This document shows positions 30,627 to 44,455 of a stretch of DNA of 64,000 nucleotides, piece by piece. Origin of the DNA: Eledone cirrhosa (lineage: Eukaryota); NCBI GenBank assembly GCA_964016885.1, contig CAXHJY010000010.1:1-64000 (forward strand). Direction: 5' to 3'. The notes below the pieces were generated by a model. That model was not told the origin of the DNA. It was given only the letters and a program-made list of their open reading frames with translations, and did no database searches. Positions within the stretch are counted from its first letter, which is position 1; each line of letters opens with the position of its first letter. The position numbers were made by a program, and so were the translations under genes.

Positions 30627-30662
<36 letters not shown>

Positions 30663-31633
30663 ATATATATATATGTATATCTATTTTTCCATTTTGACGT
30701 TATAGTCACTTATATATTATGAAATACTGTTGGCTTCACGCTCACAACAATTTCTATACTTTCATTTATATGTATATATATATATATATATATATGGGAG
30801 AGAGAGAGAGAGAGAGATGCATATGCCAGATTGCGGGGTGGATACGATAACTGAGTGGTAGATGTTGGTGTCATATGCTAGAGGGGGTATTTCCTGTTAG
30901 GAATTGGTACTAAATATATATGGTGCATGTCACTCATTTTATGGATAGGTTCATCTTTCGTTTATTTCACACAACTGAATTCGAAGTTAATAAATACCAG
31001 ATTTATGATGAACTGATATTACTCATGGAAATATGTGCATTTTAAAAAAACATAATACCCAATATATTGGAGTGTGTGTTCTATCTTTATATTGCTGTTA
31101 AGTGTCTGGGTTTTGAGAGAAATTGTTAATGATTCTGAGAATTGAAGCTAACATCATCTAGAATATCAGGGATTTAGTTCAATTTATTTTATAGGTGTAC
31201 TCCCATGGGTAGTCACCAAACTACTCTTTACTTCGTATATTTATAGATATTCCCTTTTCCTAGACATACACAACTGGATCTGCTTGAGTTGTTGCTCTGC
31301 TAGTAAATATGGCTAGACCACAGTTTTCCTATATTTCAGTATTATATTTTTGTTTCCGATTTACACATATCGGTTACATACATCCTATTTACTATAAATA
31401 CTATTCCATGAAAGTTGATTAAAAGAGAATGAAATCTTACATGTGCATGCATGCGAGCGAGAGGTGTTGTGGGTTTGTGTGGGTGTGCATATACAGCTAT
31501 ATAAAACATATATACATATGTGCTTAGATATATGTTCATGAAATTATATAAGAAATTATGGGAGAGTTATGCGTTTCAGTTATAAGGAGTGAGTTGCTTT
31601 AAAGTGATATAAGTATGAGTATATGCTTAAAGA

Positions 31634-31696
<63 letters not shown>

Positions 31697-31732
31697 AACT
31701 ATATGTGTGATGTGTGTGTATATATGTATATA

Positions 31733-31767
<35 letters not shown>

Positions 31768-33082
31768 GTATATATGTATATGTGTGTGTAAATTTACACA
31801 CACACACATACACACACCTTTATAAATTAACGTACACGCTGATTGAAATATTTATGTAGGTGTGTTTAGATATATCTGTTTTTGTTAGTAGTTATTTTAG
31901 AGTAAGTTTATATAGTATCAAGTTTCCTCCGTCGCATCCTATAGTATTTTCAATTTGCATAAATACAGGTTTATTGATGCAGATAAAATATGAAATCTCT
32001 TTCCGTGTCTGGAATAAATCATACTTAACATTTTACAAACTGCCTCCAGTGGGTGGCCATGGTGGCTAAGGAATTTAAAGTCTAAATATTTTTTGTTGAA
32101 AATTATATAAATGTTTCTATGAGTGTATTTATAAGGATAAGTCGACAGAGCATCAAGCAATACACTGAGATATCAGCAATTTGAGCTGCATAAGATGTAA
32201 CAACCTAGCCATCATGGAGCGTTTCATTGATTTGCAGTGGTGAATTCTTTCTCGTCAAATGAGTTGTGTACTTCTGATCTTACCAATAATTAAGAAATCT
32301 CACACATTGAGAGATAACTTCCCGTGAAGAATAAAGTAAATAGGTGGGTAAACCTAACATTCTGTCTTGTTTAAAATTATCACCTGGTCAATGTGTATTA
32401 TTGGCAGAGCTTACTGTCTTATACGCAGACATTGACTGGGTATAAATTTCACCAGTCTGGAAGACATGCAAAGACGGTAGACACTCTGTCTCTTTTCTTG
32501 AATAACATATTCAAAAAATAAAGGTAGATGGAAGATCACTTCTCAAATGATTTTAGTTCCTCTGAAATAATGAGTTAGATTTTCATCATTAGACAATTAT
32601 CATTAGATATATTCCACTCTCAGTATATTGAATACCATAGATCCTTATCTCGATCTTATTCTTGTCTGTAAACATTCATTGTAGTTTAAATCTAACCAAT
32701 TCTGGATTTATCTTCTATCAATAGACTCTGTTATTTTTTTAATTTTTATGTGTCCGAAATATTTTAGTTTTACTCTTTGATGGTATTTAATTAAATTTTC
32801 GTAGTTTTGTGTTTTGCACATGATATTCTCAAAAGTCCTCCATATGTCCACATCACAAATTCTTCTAATCTATTTAACAATAATTTTTGTTAATGTCTAT
32901 AATTCTGTTCTATATAGTAGAATGGGTCATACATATAATTCTAATAATCTTTTTCTAGGCTCAATATTTTGTCCCACAAACTAGCTGTTTATAGAGACTT
33001 TTGCTATAAGCTTTACGATAATTGGGATCTTGAAATAACTTAGTATTTAATTTCTTCCTCCTAACTTTAAGTTGGTGCTTGA

Positions 33083-33270
33083 GTGGATTGGCAGTATCGG
33101 TAGAAGGTCGGACGCCATGCTTTGACGCATAGAGTTACGACCCTTGCCATTCCGAGTTCAAATCCCGCCGAGGTTAACTTTGCCTTTCATCCTTACGGGG
33201 TCGATAAAATAAAGTACCAGTAATGCACTGGGTAATTGCTGGCCTTGTGCCAAAAGTAGAAACAATTATT
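33083..33270 (+). mobile_element. tRNA-derived SINE
   Basis: Same family as 21573. Confidence 0.9.
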
Positions 33271-34019
33271 TCAATTATAATTTCGTTAAAACCCTTTTGT
33301 GGCCAGTCTGATGTGACGTGTACCTATTATATATATATATCGTCGCCGTGTAATCACAAATTCAATTAGACGCCAGTTCTTTGAAGCATGGTGCATCTTA
33401 AGGAATTTAGCAGAAAATTCATGTTAGTTAAAATGAGTTCGAACTACGAACATAGTTCTAGAAGTAACATTTCATTTTCGTTGTGTCCACCTACTGCATC
33501 TTTTCCGTTAATATCTGGCCCTAATTCGCGGTCCTTCCAAACACGAGAATTCCCTAAATAGACTATAAGGAAAAACGACAGCGATTCAGAGAAAGCATCT
33601 GTATTTTCTTTATCCCTCACAAGATCGAAAAACTAATGGTAGTAAGAAATTGACTGAACAACAGAAGAATAAAAAGATATTGTAAAATATTTATTTCTGT
33701 TTACCAAAACTGTTTTTGTGGTTAAACGAACGAACTCCTTTTTATACATGGGTGACCAGCCTGTCTTCCTTTCCAAAAGGTTTGATCGTAGCTATTCTTA
33801 ATAATACCTTCGCAGTTAGTTATTTTAGTTTCAATGGTAAGCTGTTGACACTCATGAGCTCCTTTGTCCTTTGGCGAGTTTTGCTTTTATCTCGTGGAGT
33901 AACGAAACATTACCTGCCCCACCAAGCAGACTTGGCGGGGTTGACCCGGCTATGCAACAGGTCGTAGTGGGTTACACATTGCCAATAGCACACAAGAGAT
34001 ACCTGACATATAGACGCAC

Positions 34020-34091
<72 letters not shown>

Positions 34092-34092
<1 letters not shown>

Positions 34093-34534
34093 CTAGACCT
34101 GAAAAATGCTCAAGCTCAAAAGAGCCACAGAATGTTATAATAAACCTTCAAAAGTGTGGGACTAGAGTTGTTGCTCAAAAATATTGTAATCATTAACTAC
34201 CGTACACTCTGTGGTATCCTTTTATAAAAAAGAGACTCATAACGAACTCAAGACGACACGATAATTATTTAAGTGAATTTATAATATAGAATTCGGTTTA
34301 AGTGAATTTCGTATTAATCATTACTAAACATATATGAGATATTGAACATTAGCTTAAATAATTATCGTGTCGTCTTGAGTTCGTTATGAGTCTCTTTTTT
34401 ATAAAAGGATGCCACAGAGTGTACGATAGATAATGATTACAATATTTTTGAGAAACAACTCTAGTCCCACACTTTTGAAGGTTTATTATAACATTCTGTA
34501 GTTCTTTTGAGCTTGCGCATTTTTCAGGTCTAGT
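34092..34534. repeat. Inverted repeat, 182-bp arms (34092-34273 / 34353-34534) with 79-bp spacer
   Basis: The arms are reverse complements with few mismatches and abut a (CA)n(TA)n tract. Confidence 0.9.
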
Positions 34535-35172
34535 TTAATATTTTTTTAAGGCAACGCTTGTAGTAACTCTAGTTAAACATGATATATATTAATAATACAT
34601 TATCGTTGTAATGTAATTAGATTATATAATTGTTATTTTATAAATTATCTTATAAATATTATTGTAAGATGTATAAAAATATTTTCAGACTTTTAATAGT
34701 TAATATAAATTTTAAAAATCATATATAAATTAACAATATAACTTACCAAAGCGAGAAAAATATTTTGATGATAAACGACGAAATACTGGAAGAAGATTCG
34801 AAAGCGAAATGATAAATAAACGTGCAAACAAAGTGGCTGATGCTTTTTAGCAACAATTACTCTCGTTGGTTGATTAGCCAATAAGACGATGAAATTAGCC
34901 AATAAGACGATACATTACAAAAGATGTTTGGGAGGGATCACCACGGCCAGCGATTCCCCTTGAATTTTTTATTCACAAGCTACGCATGTATGCCATCAGA
35001 CACGCAGACTTAGAACATTCTGTTGTTAGTCACTACGTGTCTAACATATATATATATATTATTCAAATAAAACAACGTTGGATGATCAATTAATTGACCG
35101 AGAGTATTGTAAACAGACTTAAAGCACTCCCCGATGTGGCTCACTTATTGTAATATCAATAAGGTATCAGAC

Positions 35173-35360
35173 GGATTGGCAGTATCGGTAGAGAGTCGGA
35201 CGCTATGCTTTGCACCATAGAGTTACGGCCCTTTTCGGTCTCGGTTCAAATCCCGCCGCGGTTAACTTTGCTTTTCATCGCTACGGGGTCGATAAAGTAA
35301 AGCACCAGTAATGCACTGGGATAATTGCTAGCCTTGTGCCAAAAGTAGAAACAATTATTA
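35173..35360 (+). mobile_element. tRNA-derived SINE
   Basis: Same family as 21573. Confidence 0.88.
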
Positions 35361-36479
35361 TGAAGAAGAGAGATGGTTTTAAGTATACATCTTCAGTTTA
35401 TTATATAATCCTGTTATACATATTTCAAAGACATCAAAGTGATTGCATAATAACCCTTTGACGTATTTTCATCAGACAGGTGTTAAGTTGTAATGGCTTT
35501 ATTTTTGATATAGTAGTTAGGAATACGATGATAGTAGTCCCACTGCAAGTAAGCATATGATATACATAACGGTATTCGTTGGCAAGCAAGGTGTGGGAGA
35601 ACCCTTGTTAAAAATCTGGGGATGGCCTTAGACTAAGGTGTCAAATTACCAAGTGGGTCAGACGCTACGGTTTACATCGGTTAAATAATTAGTATAATTA
35701 ATTAATTAGTCTGATTAATTAATTAATTCATTTATTTATTTTCATGTTTGCTGGCGCCGTATTCAGATTCCAAGGTTATAAAGTTTCTCTGTGGTGTATA
35801 TTGAGTGTGCGTGTGTTGTGGATGGGTGCGGTATTCTGGCATTTTGGTGACCGTTTGTTCTAGGTTTAATAAAAGATGTGTGAATCTGTACACATGCACC
35901 CTCATACCCCTAGACAACATGAGTGAGTACACATAGATGCATGGATATATACCACAAGAATATATCTACACATATATACACATCACAGAATACACAGATA
36001 TATACAAGTAATATATGAAAGTAATATAGAAAAAAGTAATATATATATTCATGTTATATCAAGTAATGTAGTGGATATTTCTATAGCCCATTGTTGCATA
36101 CAGAATGCAAGCATACTGGTGCCGGTAGATTGTGCATTGTGCATTATCATATTGTATATGAATTAGTTTTTGGTATCCTATGCTCCAGGAAAATACGATA
36201 TTTTTATGTAAAATAACAAGCTTGCTGGAGATTCTCATTTGCATATGTAGCGAGATAATTGACTTGCTAGGATTAATTATTATAGTATTAACATTAACAT
36301 AGTGTATTTTCACACACATACATATATATGTATATATAACTTTTCATATATTTATGGGAATATTCTATTTTATAGTGGCAATCTAAACTTGACATAGGGT
36401 ACAAAAAAAAAATACAGGGAAGAACTAAATATTAAATATAGTAACAAGGTCAAAAGCAGAGGTTTGAAGTTTCACTAAT

Positions 36480-37050
36480 GTTTTGAGCTTGGAGGATGAC
36501 GGGCATGTAGCATTTTAAGATGAGGAACTGCGTGTCTGCTGAATCAAGTTATTGGGGAGGAAACGTGTATTGGAATTGATGTAATTGTAGCAGAGTTCAT
36601 CTTGAGAAAATAGGGCGTGTGTAGTTGAAAGAGGGAGGACACACTCATTGCCAAAGGCAAAAAAAAAGAGAAAAACGAAATTTATTTTCATATAAATGGC
36701 AGACAAGATGTGGCGTGCGTAAAAGAAGTTTGCTGATGTATGACCTTTAAAAAATAGCACCGAATCTACAGCAATTGAAGAGAAAACATTTGTGTATGGT
36801 ACATTGGGTGTGTTGCATTAATGTCCAAGAAATTTGAGCGTGGGAGAATTAAGTAAATATTAAGCCACCAAGGCTGGATATTTGAAGGAGAGATGCCAAT
36901 AGCAATGTGTAAATAAAATTCAAGTGGTTCATACATACACGGTGAAAAGTGTTGTCGTAGAAGATGCAAATAAAAGTAGTTTAACGATGATTCAGATTGT
37001 AGTTAAGAATGTTGGAATACAGGATCAAGATGGTACAAGACTGAATCAAA
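36480..37050 (-). mobile_element. Possible ancient PLE GIY-YIG relic
   Basis: Only a weak resemblance (TNVFSSIAVDSVLFFKGHT) to the NV+Y.I.C..C...YIG.T motif. Confidence 0.3.
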
Positions 37051-37297
37051 AGGAAAAATGAAATATAGTAGAACATTCAACACGTTAGCGTTGGAAAATG
37101 TATTTTAAAATTATTGATTTGTAGTAGTGGCACAATAACACATAGTTTTATAAAGGGCATTGTCAATTAAATTTCACCAGTCCTTGAATAGTATTTCGTA
37201 TTAACAACTCCGAAAGAATGAAAGGTAAAATTGACGTTAGTATAATTTGAACTCAGAATGTAAAGGCCAGCAACTTAAATTTTCGAGAAACTCAGAT

Positions 37298-37357
<60 letters not shown>

Positions 37358-37509
37358 CACATGTATATATATATATTTATATATATAGTAATAATAATAA
37401 ATTTGAAGACTAAAATCCAAAGAGGGCTCGATAAGGATAAATATATATCAAATATATAAGAACAGCGATTTTTGCTTAAACTTTAATCTGTTATTTTAAT
37501 AAATATATA

Positions 37510-38320
37510 TATATATAATGGAAAAATTTGAACAGGAACAAAACAGAGGCAGTACAACGAATGTTTATTAATTTCACGCTCTGGAGAGTGGGGTGGTGGT
37601 GGGGACGACGTTTCGGGCATAAGCCCTTCCTCAGGTGAGAAGTGTGTGGGAACAGAGTTCAAAGGGTGTGTAGGGGAGTGGTGGAGAGACATATAGCGAA
37701 AGGAAACGGTGCGAATGAAATTAAAAATAAAAATAAAGCATGATCAAAATACAAGGAATGAAATAAAATTAAATATAAAAGCATGATTAAAATAAACTGA
37801 AATTAAAAAGGGGTAAAACAGGTGGTGGAAGGGAGTGGGGAGAGGGAGACGGGGTGTCCGAGCGGGGAGGGCTGAAGGTGGTGTGTGTGTGTAGGTGTAC
37901 ATGTGTGTGTGTGTGTGTATGTGAAAGTAAGGGTTGGGGGAAGAACGGGGTTGCATGTTCTGGAAGATGTGTGTGTGTGGGGGGGGGGGGGGGGTTGTAG
38001 GTCGGAGTGTCTGTGCGTATGTGGATAGAGGGGTGGGGGGAGAGGAATCAGGAGGCTGAGGGTGTAAATATGTGGTGGAAAGCACGTGTGTGGGGGGTTT
38101 AAGCGTGTTGTGGGTGTAGGCGGCGTGTGGGAGAAAAACATTTTTGGGGTGTGTGTGTGGGTGAGTTATATAGGTGATTCCGTAAGAGGATGGTTGAAAT
38201 GTTGGTAAATTCCTATGATGTTTAGTAGATTCCGTGGTGGTCAAGTTCCACATAAGAGTATTCCATGAAGAGATGGTCGGAAGAGGAGAGTAGGAGGTAA
38301 GTTTTATTGTAGTACAATAA
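37510..38320 (-). mobile_element. PLE 3' remnant
   Basis: An endonuclease-tail-like LPTFQPSSYGIT, a C/A-rich UTR and an HHR core, ending in (TA)n. Confidence 0.55.
37604..37637 (-). ncRNA. Minimal hammerhead core
   Basis: CAC-CTGAGGA-A-GGGC-TTAT-GCCC-GAAA-CG-TC^GT. Stem I is short. Confidence 0.7.
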
Positions 38321-38415
38321 AGCAATGCAGATATCGGATAAGAAGCACTCTACAGTTTGTAGGACTGGAGTATACATAATATATAAGATCAAAAGATGGT
38401 TAAAAGAGTTCCATG

Positions 38416-38486
38416 TATTTTATTATGCGCATTTCAAAACCAAATATCATCATGCAATAACATTTGTGTTTTCATCAGATAAAATA
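38416..38486 (-). ncRNA. Type I hammerhead with palindromic stem III
   Basis: TATTTTAT-CTGATGA-(long stem II)-GAAA-TGCGCA-TA^ATAAAATA. Confidence 0.85.
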
Positions 38487-38588
38487 GGAAGACATGATAT
38501 GAAGGTTAAAAACACTTGTGGATAGTGCAGATGTTGATTTAAAACTGCACTATCCACAAGTGTTTTTAACCTTCATATCATGTCTTCC

Positions 38589-38659
38589 TATTTTATCTGA
38601 TGAAAACACAAATGTTATTGCATGATGATATTTGTTTTTGAAATACGCATAATAAAATA
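38589..38659 (+). ncRNA. Type I hammerhead (inverted copy)
   Basis: TATTTTAT-CTGATGA-...-GAAA-TACGCA-TA^ATAAAATA. Confidence 0.8.
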
Positions 38660-38707
38660 CATGGAACTTTTTTAACCATTTGATCTTATATATATATATA
38701 TATATAT

Positions 38708-38789
<82 letters not shown>

Positions 38790-38790
<1 letters not shown>

Positions 38791-38981
38791 CAGAGCAAAC
38801 AGCACGGACACTCTATCTCAAAATTATTTTTGAAAAGCATTTAGAAATGCGCAACTGGTAAACACTTAAAAACTTAAAACCACAACTGAATACTAACCCA
38901 TACAATCACTAATACTCTTTTATTCCTAATTAAACCATTTTTCAACTGTGAACAATTTGTCAGCATTTTCTATTCCGTTTA

Positions 38982-38985
<4 letters not shown>
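38790..38985 (+). mobile_element. PLE-type terminal fragment with a variant HHR-like core at 38827-38862
   Basis: Homologous to the reverse complement of 46837-47020 and flanked by (TA)n. Confidence 0.55.
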
Positions 38986-39056
<71 letters not shown>

Positions 39057-39249
39057 AATAAATACTGCCTGCTGGATAAGTGGAGTGTTATACACCCCTG
39101 ATCCTTTCCCTAGCATACTATATATATATATATATTTCAAGGGTTCCAAAAATTTTGGTACGCTATCATCAGATAAAATACGAAGTGTGTTTTATAAATG
39201 TTGATATAACCAAGGAGAATATACATTAACGGTTCAAGTTATCCCTGGA

Positions 39250-39295
<46 letters not shown>

Positions 39296-39296
<1 letters not shown>

Positions 39297-39784
39297 ATAA
39301 ATATTTCGTATCTCCAAAGAAATACAGGTTTAGGAAGCCGTAACTATGCAAACACCGGGGGGCTAACGCCCTCTGGTGATGTCCAGCAGAAGCAAGGGGG
39401 ACAACCGTCTATGCATTTTAGACTTAACTGGCCTTCGTCAGGACGGTCCCTCCCACCGCTTGCGACTGCTGGACTAGAAGACAGCTGAGAATATATACTT
39501 TTCTCGTCTGTGTAAATGACGTGATTAATCTCATTTGCATATGAAGCTGCATAAGTTGGCTCAACTTATAATAAAAAATGAGATTAATCACCTCATTTAC
39601 ACAGACGAGAAAAGTATATATGCTCAGCTGTCTTCTAGTCCAGCAGTCGCTGAAATGCATAGACGGTTGTCCCTCTTGCTTCTGCTGGACATCACCAGAG
39701 GGCGTCAGCCGCCCTCCGCCCCCCGATGTTTGCATAGCTACGGCTTCCTAAAACTGTATTTCTTGGGAGATACGAAATATTTAT
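39296..39784. mobile_element. Non-coding HHR element family B as an inverted pair; HHR at 39404-39447 (-)
   Basis: ACCGTC-CTGACGA-AGGC..GTCT-AAAA-TGCA-TA^GACGGT. The + arm keeps GAAA-TGCA-TA-GACGGT but has lost the CUGACGA half. Confidence 0.75.
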
Positions 39785-39825
39785 ACATATTATATAAAGC
39801 TATGCTTGAAGCGAAATCCTATTTC

Positions 39826-39873
<48 letters not shown>

Positions 39874-39940
39874 GGTAAAAAGTGGTTAACACAGATAAAC
39901 GGTACAGTACGGTTTATTTCTAGCATTTACATAATTCAAT

Positions 39941-40047
<107 letters not shown>

Positions 40048-40074
40048 GGTGTGGGTGTGTATATATATATATAA

Positions 40075-41345
40075 CATTGATAACTTTGATAGGTTTCGAT
40101 CAGTATTGGCCCAGGACATGTCTAACTTAATAGCACCACCTGGCGAAGTCTTTCAAATTAGGATTTGGACACCATAGCTCACTCAAATAGAGAGTTATTG
40201 TTTACAGAGACATATCCGAGTATAGGAGGTTTATCTGGGATTTCTTGGAGGAATTTGTCCAAAGACGTTTTGAATTTTATGTGGTCTGTTTGTTTTAATG
40301 TGTTTTGGTGTAATGCTAGAGAGAGCGGTCCCGTATTATTGTCATGAGATGCGAGTGTAATTTTTGTTGTGGGCGGATAAGCACGAGGCCTAAGCATTGG
40401 GTGTAGTTTAAAGATGATGCTAACATGATTTGGGCAATGCTGATGAAATATGTTACACATCATGCAAATAATGTAGCGATTACGGCGGCGTTGAAGAGAA
40501 TCAAGTTTGAGCTTTTCTAGTCGACCCCAATAGTGATTGACCTGAGAGGAGCTTTAATTTTCATGATACTTTGTTTCGTATGGGGAGACCACAGTGGACC
40601 ACAGTACTCAAGGTGGAGTCGGGTATAACTGGAGAAGGGAAGGATAATAGTGTGGCTATCTCTCGACTGGAAAGTTCTGAGAATCCAGGAAAACATTCTG
40701 TGGGCCATGTCAACTTTGCTGTTTATATGAGTGGCCCAGCTTGTGCAGTGGTTCTAAGAACAATGCTGCTTTGCAGATGATCAATGCAAATTGACAATGG
40801 AAAGGCGCTTCCGCCCGAGTTAGAAGAGAACTATTGACCTTCAAGAGAAGCAACGACCCCTGATTGTATTCAGCAACCGAAACAAATATGAAGTACACCA
40901 AATCCAATGCTTCTAGGGGCGGCCCTGGTTCTTCTTATTTGCGAATGTAAACTCGGCTAGATTAGATTAGATTAACTTATGTTGTTGTGCACAATTACTC
41001 CCAAGTCTCTGATGTTGTAGGATGCAACGAGAGTCTCACCTGAAGGAAGGGTGTATGGGAGTTTCAGCGTATCCTCTTTTCCAAAGTGGATTAACTGAAA
41101 TTTATCCTCGTTGAGCAGCATATTCTTCTTTTCCTCCCATTGGATAACAGCCAGTAGATCTGATTGGAGGTATATCCGGTCACCCACACCATTGATGACT
41201 TTCTGGAGCTTGGAATCATCTCCGAAGATTCCTATGCTGCTGTCCTTGATGATGTCAGTAATGTCATTAATAAAGACAATGAAATGAAGTGGGCCCAACA
41301 ATGTGTCTTATGGGACACCACTACTGACTTTAGCTGGGCTGGATT
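40075..41345 (-). mobile_element. CR1/L2-type LINE 3' part (RT C-terminal half), interrupted at about 40720-40975
   Basis: Reads LGPLHFIVFINDI, IFGDDSKL, LQSDL, DLGVIV, RLHLEYCGPLWSP and FKTSLDKFLQEIPD. Confidence 0.9.
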
Positions 41346-41353
41346 GTACTCTA

Positions 41354-41451
<98 letters not shown>

Positions 41452-41470
41452 ACCCACACACCCACACACC

Positions 41471-41534
<64 letters not shown>

Positions 41535-41689
41535 AGTATAAATATGGTGAGTAATATCAATTACATATATTACCCAATTACATATATTACCCAATTACAT
41601 ATATGAATATAGCTCGATGTAATATATCAAGTAAAATACACACAGAGCCGAAATACAATGTAAATAATAATCAAAGAGTATTTAATTTT

Positions 41690-43890
41690 TGAAACATTTA
41701 ATAAATAACGACCGTTTCATCCTAACACAAGGCATAAAAACTTCAGAGTTATTACAAGAATTAAATACAAATATAAGATCTAAACATTGTTTCAGGAACA
41801 TTTGGAGGATGCATATTATGAGAAGTTAGATAAGAGAAGGCATTAATGTTTATACAAGCTAACCAAACAACTGAGGCGGAATACATGTGAAAAATAGGAG
41901 TAGATAACTAATCAGGAGTAGATAAAATGCAATAAAATAAAGTAAAATATAAATGGTTGCAGATAAATGAAAGTACAGTAAAAGTCCATATATAGTTGTG
42001 GACAAAATTGATGCTGAAAAGGTTGGTAATAGGAGACAGAGGAAACATGCATTTCAAAATAAAACTTAAGGATTTAAGCATTTAAAAAAGTTTAGATGCG
42101 AGTGTAGTATAACGCAGGATTACAGACAGGTGCAAGATCTTCAATGGTTCAATTTAAGACCACACAATTCAGCCATAATAACGATTTTATAAACGTCCAA
42201 AAAAGTTAATTTGTGGGGAATAAATAAAAGAATCAAGCCTTCAAAGTGAAAAAAGTCAATATAAATAGAAGTACTATAAGTGAGGTAATTAGGACACATC
42301 ACCTAAGGCATTATACAGTTCGATTGAGGAGAACAATTCATATACTTTCATATACAAGCATATAACAACATAGAAATTAAAGATATTTTGAAGTCAATCC
42401 TTAAAAAATCCAGTTAAACCATTATAAAGGGGAGGTATTTCATGTACGAAATACTTGATATTAGAGAGTTAATAAGGAAAATTAATATATAAAAAAACAA
42501 AAACAAAACCCAAAAAATACTAATACGTAAAGATATATGAGGATTGAATTAGAAATTTCTAGGGCTAATGTTTGCAAAACTATAAAACTTTAAAAGTTTA
42601 AAACATTTACAAATTACAGAGAAAGAAACTATCTATGTATACTTAAATGTTATGCATTATTAAAAAACAACAGGGCAGTGGATTGGCAGTATCGGTAGAG
42701 GGTCAGACGCCATGCTTTGCAGCACAGAGTTACAGCCCTTTATAGTCCGTGTTCAAATCTCGCCTTGCGGGGTGGATAAAATAAAGCATCAGTAATACAC
42801 TGGGATAATTGTTGGCCTTGTGCCAAAAGTAGAAACAATTATTTAAAAAAACTATTTATGTATACTTAAAATATTATGCATTATTGAAGGATTAAGAAAT
42901 TTATAAATTAATTTTACTGGTATTGAATAGTTAATATTAATATATATATTGGGTGATGCGATGGTTGTTATAAAATTATTAGCGAAAAATAAGGATAAGA
43001 GAGGCTTATGAAATAAGGTTTGGAAACAATGTATTATTAAAGTACCAAAATATGATATGGTGGTTATAATAAAATGTAGTGGTTATAAAAAATATTAGTC
43101 AAAGTATGAATCTGTGAAGGTAGGTGTGAAAACTGATTGACCATATATAGTAGTTAGATATATTATATGACTTTTAGATTTTAAAGGTGCATTTAAGTAA
43201 TTATTATACAGTGATACGAGTGGTTCTGCAAATAATAAGGCATAAAATATACATATGATATGTACTAGTTATTAAGTCTAAAATAGTGGAAAAAATAGAG
43301 ATTTTTGTAAGGGCAAATGGAAAAGATTTCGAATTTTCTATTCAATAAATTTAGGTTAGAGTAACTAATGATATGAGACACAAGAAGGCAGAGGTTACAC
43401 ATTTTATTGGGAGTTTATAGGATGGGGTTTTGGCAATTGTTTTCCAAGTTAGTCTTAAATTGTACCATTATAACGACCAATATCTTGCATCGATCTAGAA
43501 TCTAAACTTTTAAAAATCCTTAAATCGTTAAGTTTTATTTTGAAATGCATGTTTCTTCTGTCTCCTATTACCAACCTTCTCAGATCAATTTTGTTCACAA
43601 CTATATATGGACTTTTATTGTAGTTCATTTATCTGAAACCTTTTGTATTTTACTTTATTTTTTCGCATTTTATCTACACCTGATTAGTTATCTACTTCTA
43701 TTTTTCACATGTATTCCGCCTCAGTTGTTTGGTTACCTTGTATAAATATTAATGCCTTCTCTTATCTAACCTCTCATAATATGTATGCTCCAAATGTTCC
43801 TGAAGCAATGTTTAGATCTTATATTTGTATTTAATTCTTGTAATATCTCTGAAGTTGTCTGTCTTGTGTTAGAATGAAACTGTCGTTAGT
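41690..43890 (-). mobile_element. 5'-truncated PLE with an inverted copy of its 3' end (41690-42085 vs 43505-43890)
   Basis: The reverse strand at 43308-43470 reads LTWKTIAKTPSY-fs-KMCNLCLL...LLNRKFEIFSICP. The inverted arms are about 390 bp, each with an HHR-like core. Confidence 0.8.
42673..42842 (+). mobile_element. tRNA-derived SINE nested in the PLE
   Basis: Same family with an internal deletion, flanked by a ~35-bp duplication. Confidence 0.85.
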
Positions 43891-44267
43891 TATTAATATA
43901 CATATATAATTGTACATATATATATGTACATATATATACATATATATATACATATATATATACATATATATATATTCATATATTATTACATAAATATATA
44001 TATATATACATATGTATACATATATACACACACACACACACATATATATATTCATATATACACATATACATATATATATACACACACATATATATATGCA
44101 TATATATATACATATATATATATGTATACATATGTATACATGAATATATATATATATATGCATATATATATATACATATATATATATGTATATAAAGATA
44201 TATATATATACATATATATATACATATATATGTATGTGTATATATACATATATATGTATATGTGTAT

Positions 44268-44339
<72 letters not shown>

Positions 44340-44358
44340 AATATATATATATATATAC

Positions 44359-44450
<92 letters not shown>

Positions 44451-44455
<5 letters not shown>

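Larger units (their letters stand above)
38381..38690. repeat. Fold-back of a PLE terminal repeat (about 150-bp arms), one HHR per arm
   Basis: The arms are nearly identical reverse complements. The same sequence caps the PLE at 59760-59930. Confidence 0.9.

Noticed and set aside
33850-33975. GC-richer segment vaguely like U1/U5 snRNA or an HDV-like ribozyme
   Set aside because: I could not complete an snRNA alignment or the nested double pseudoknot by eye.
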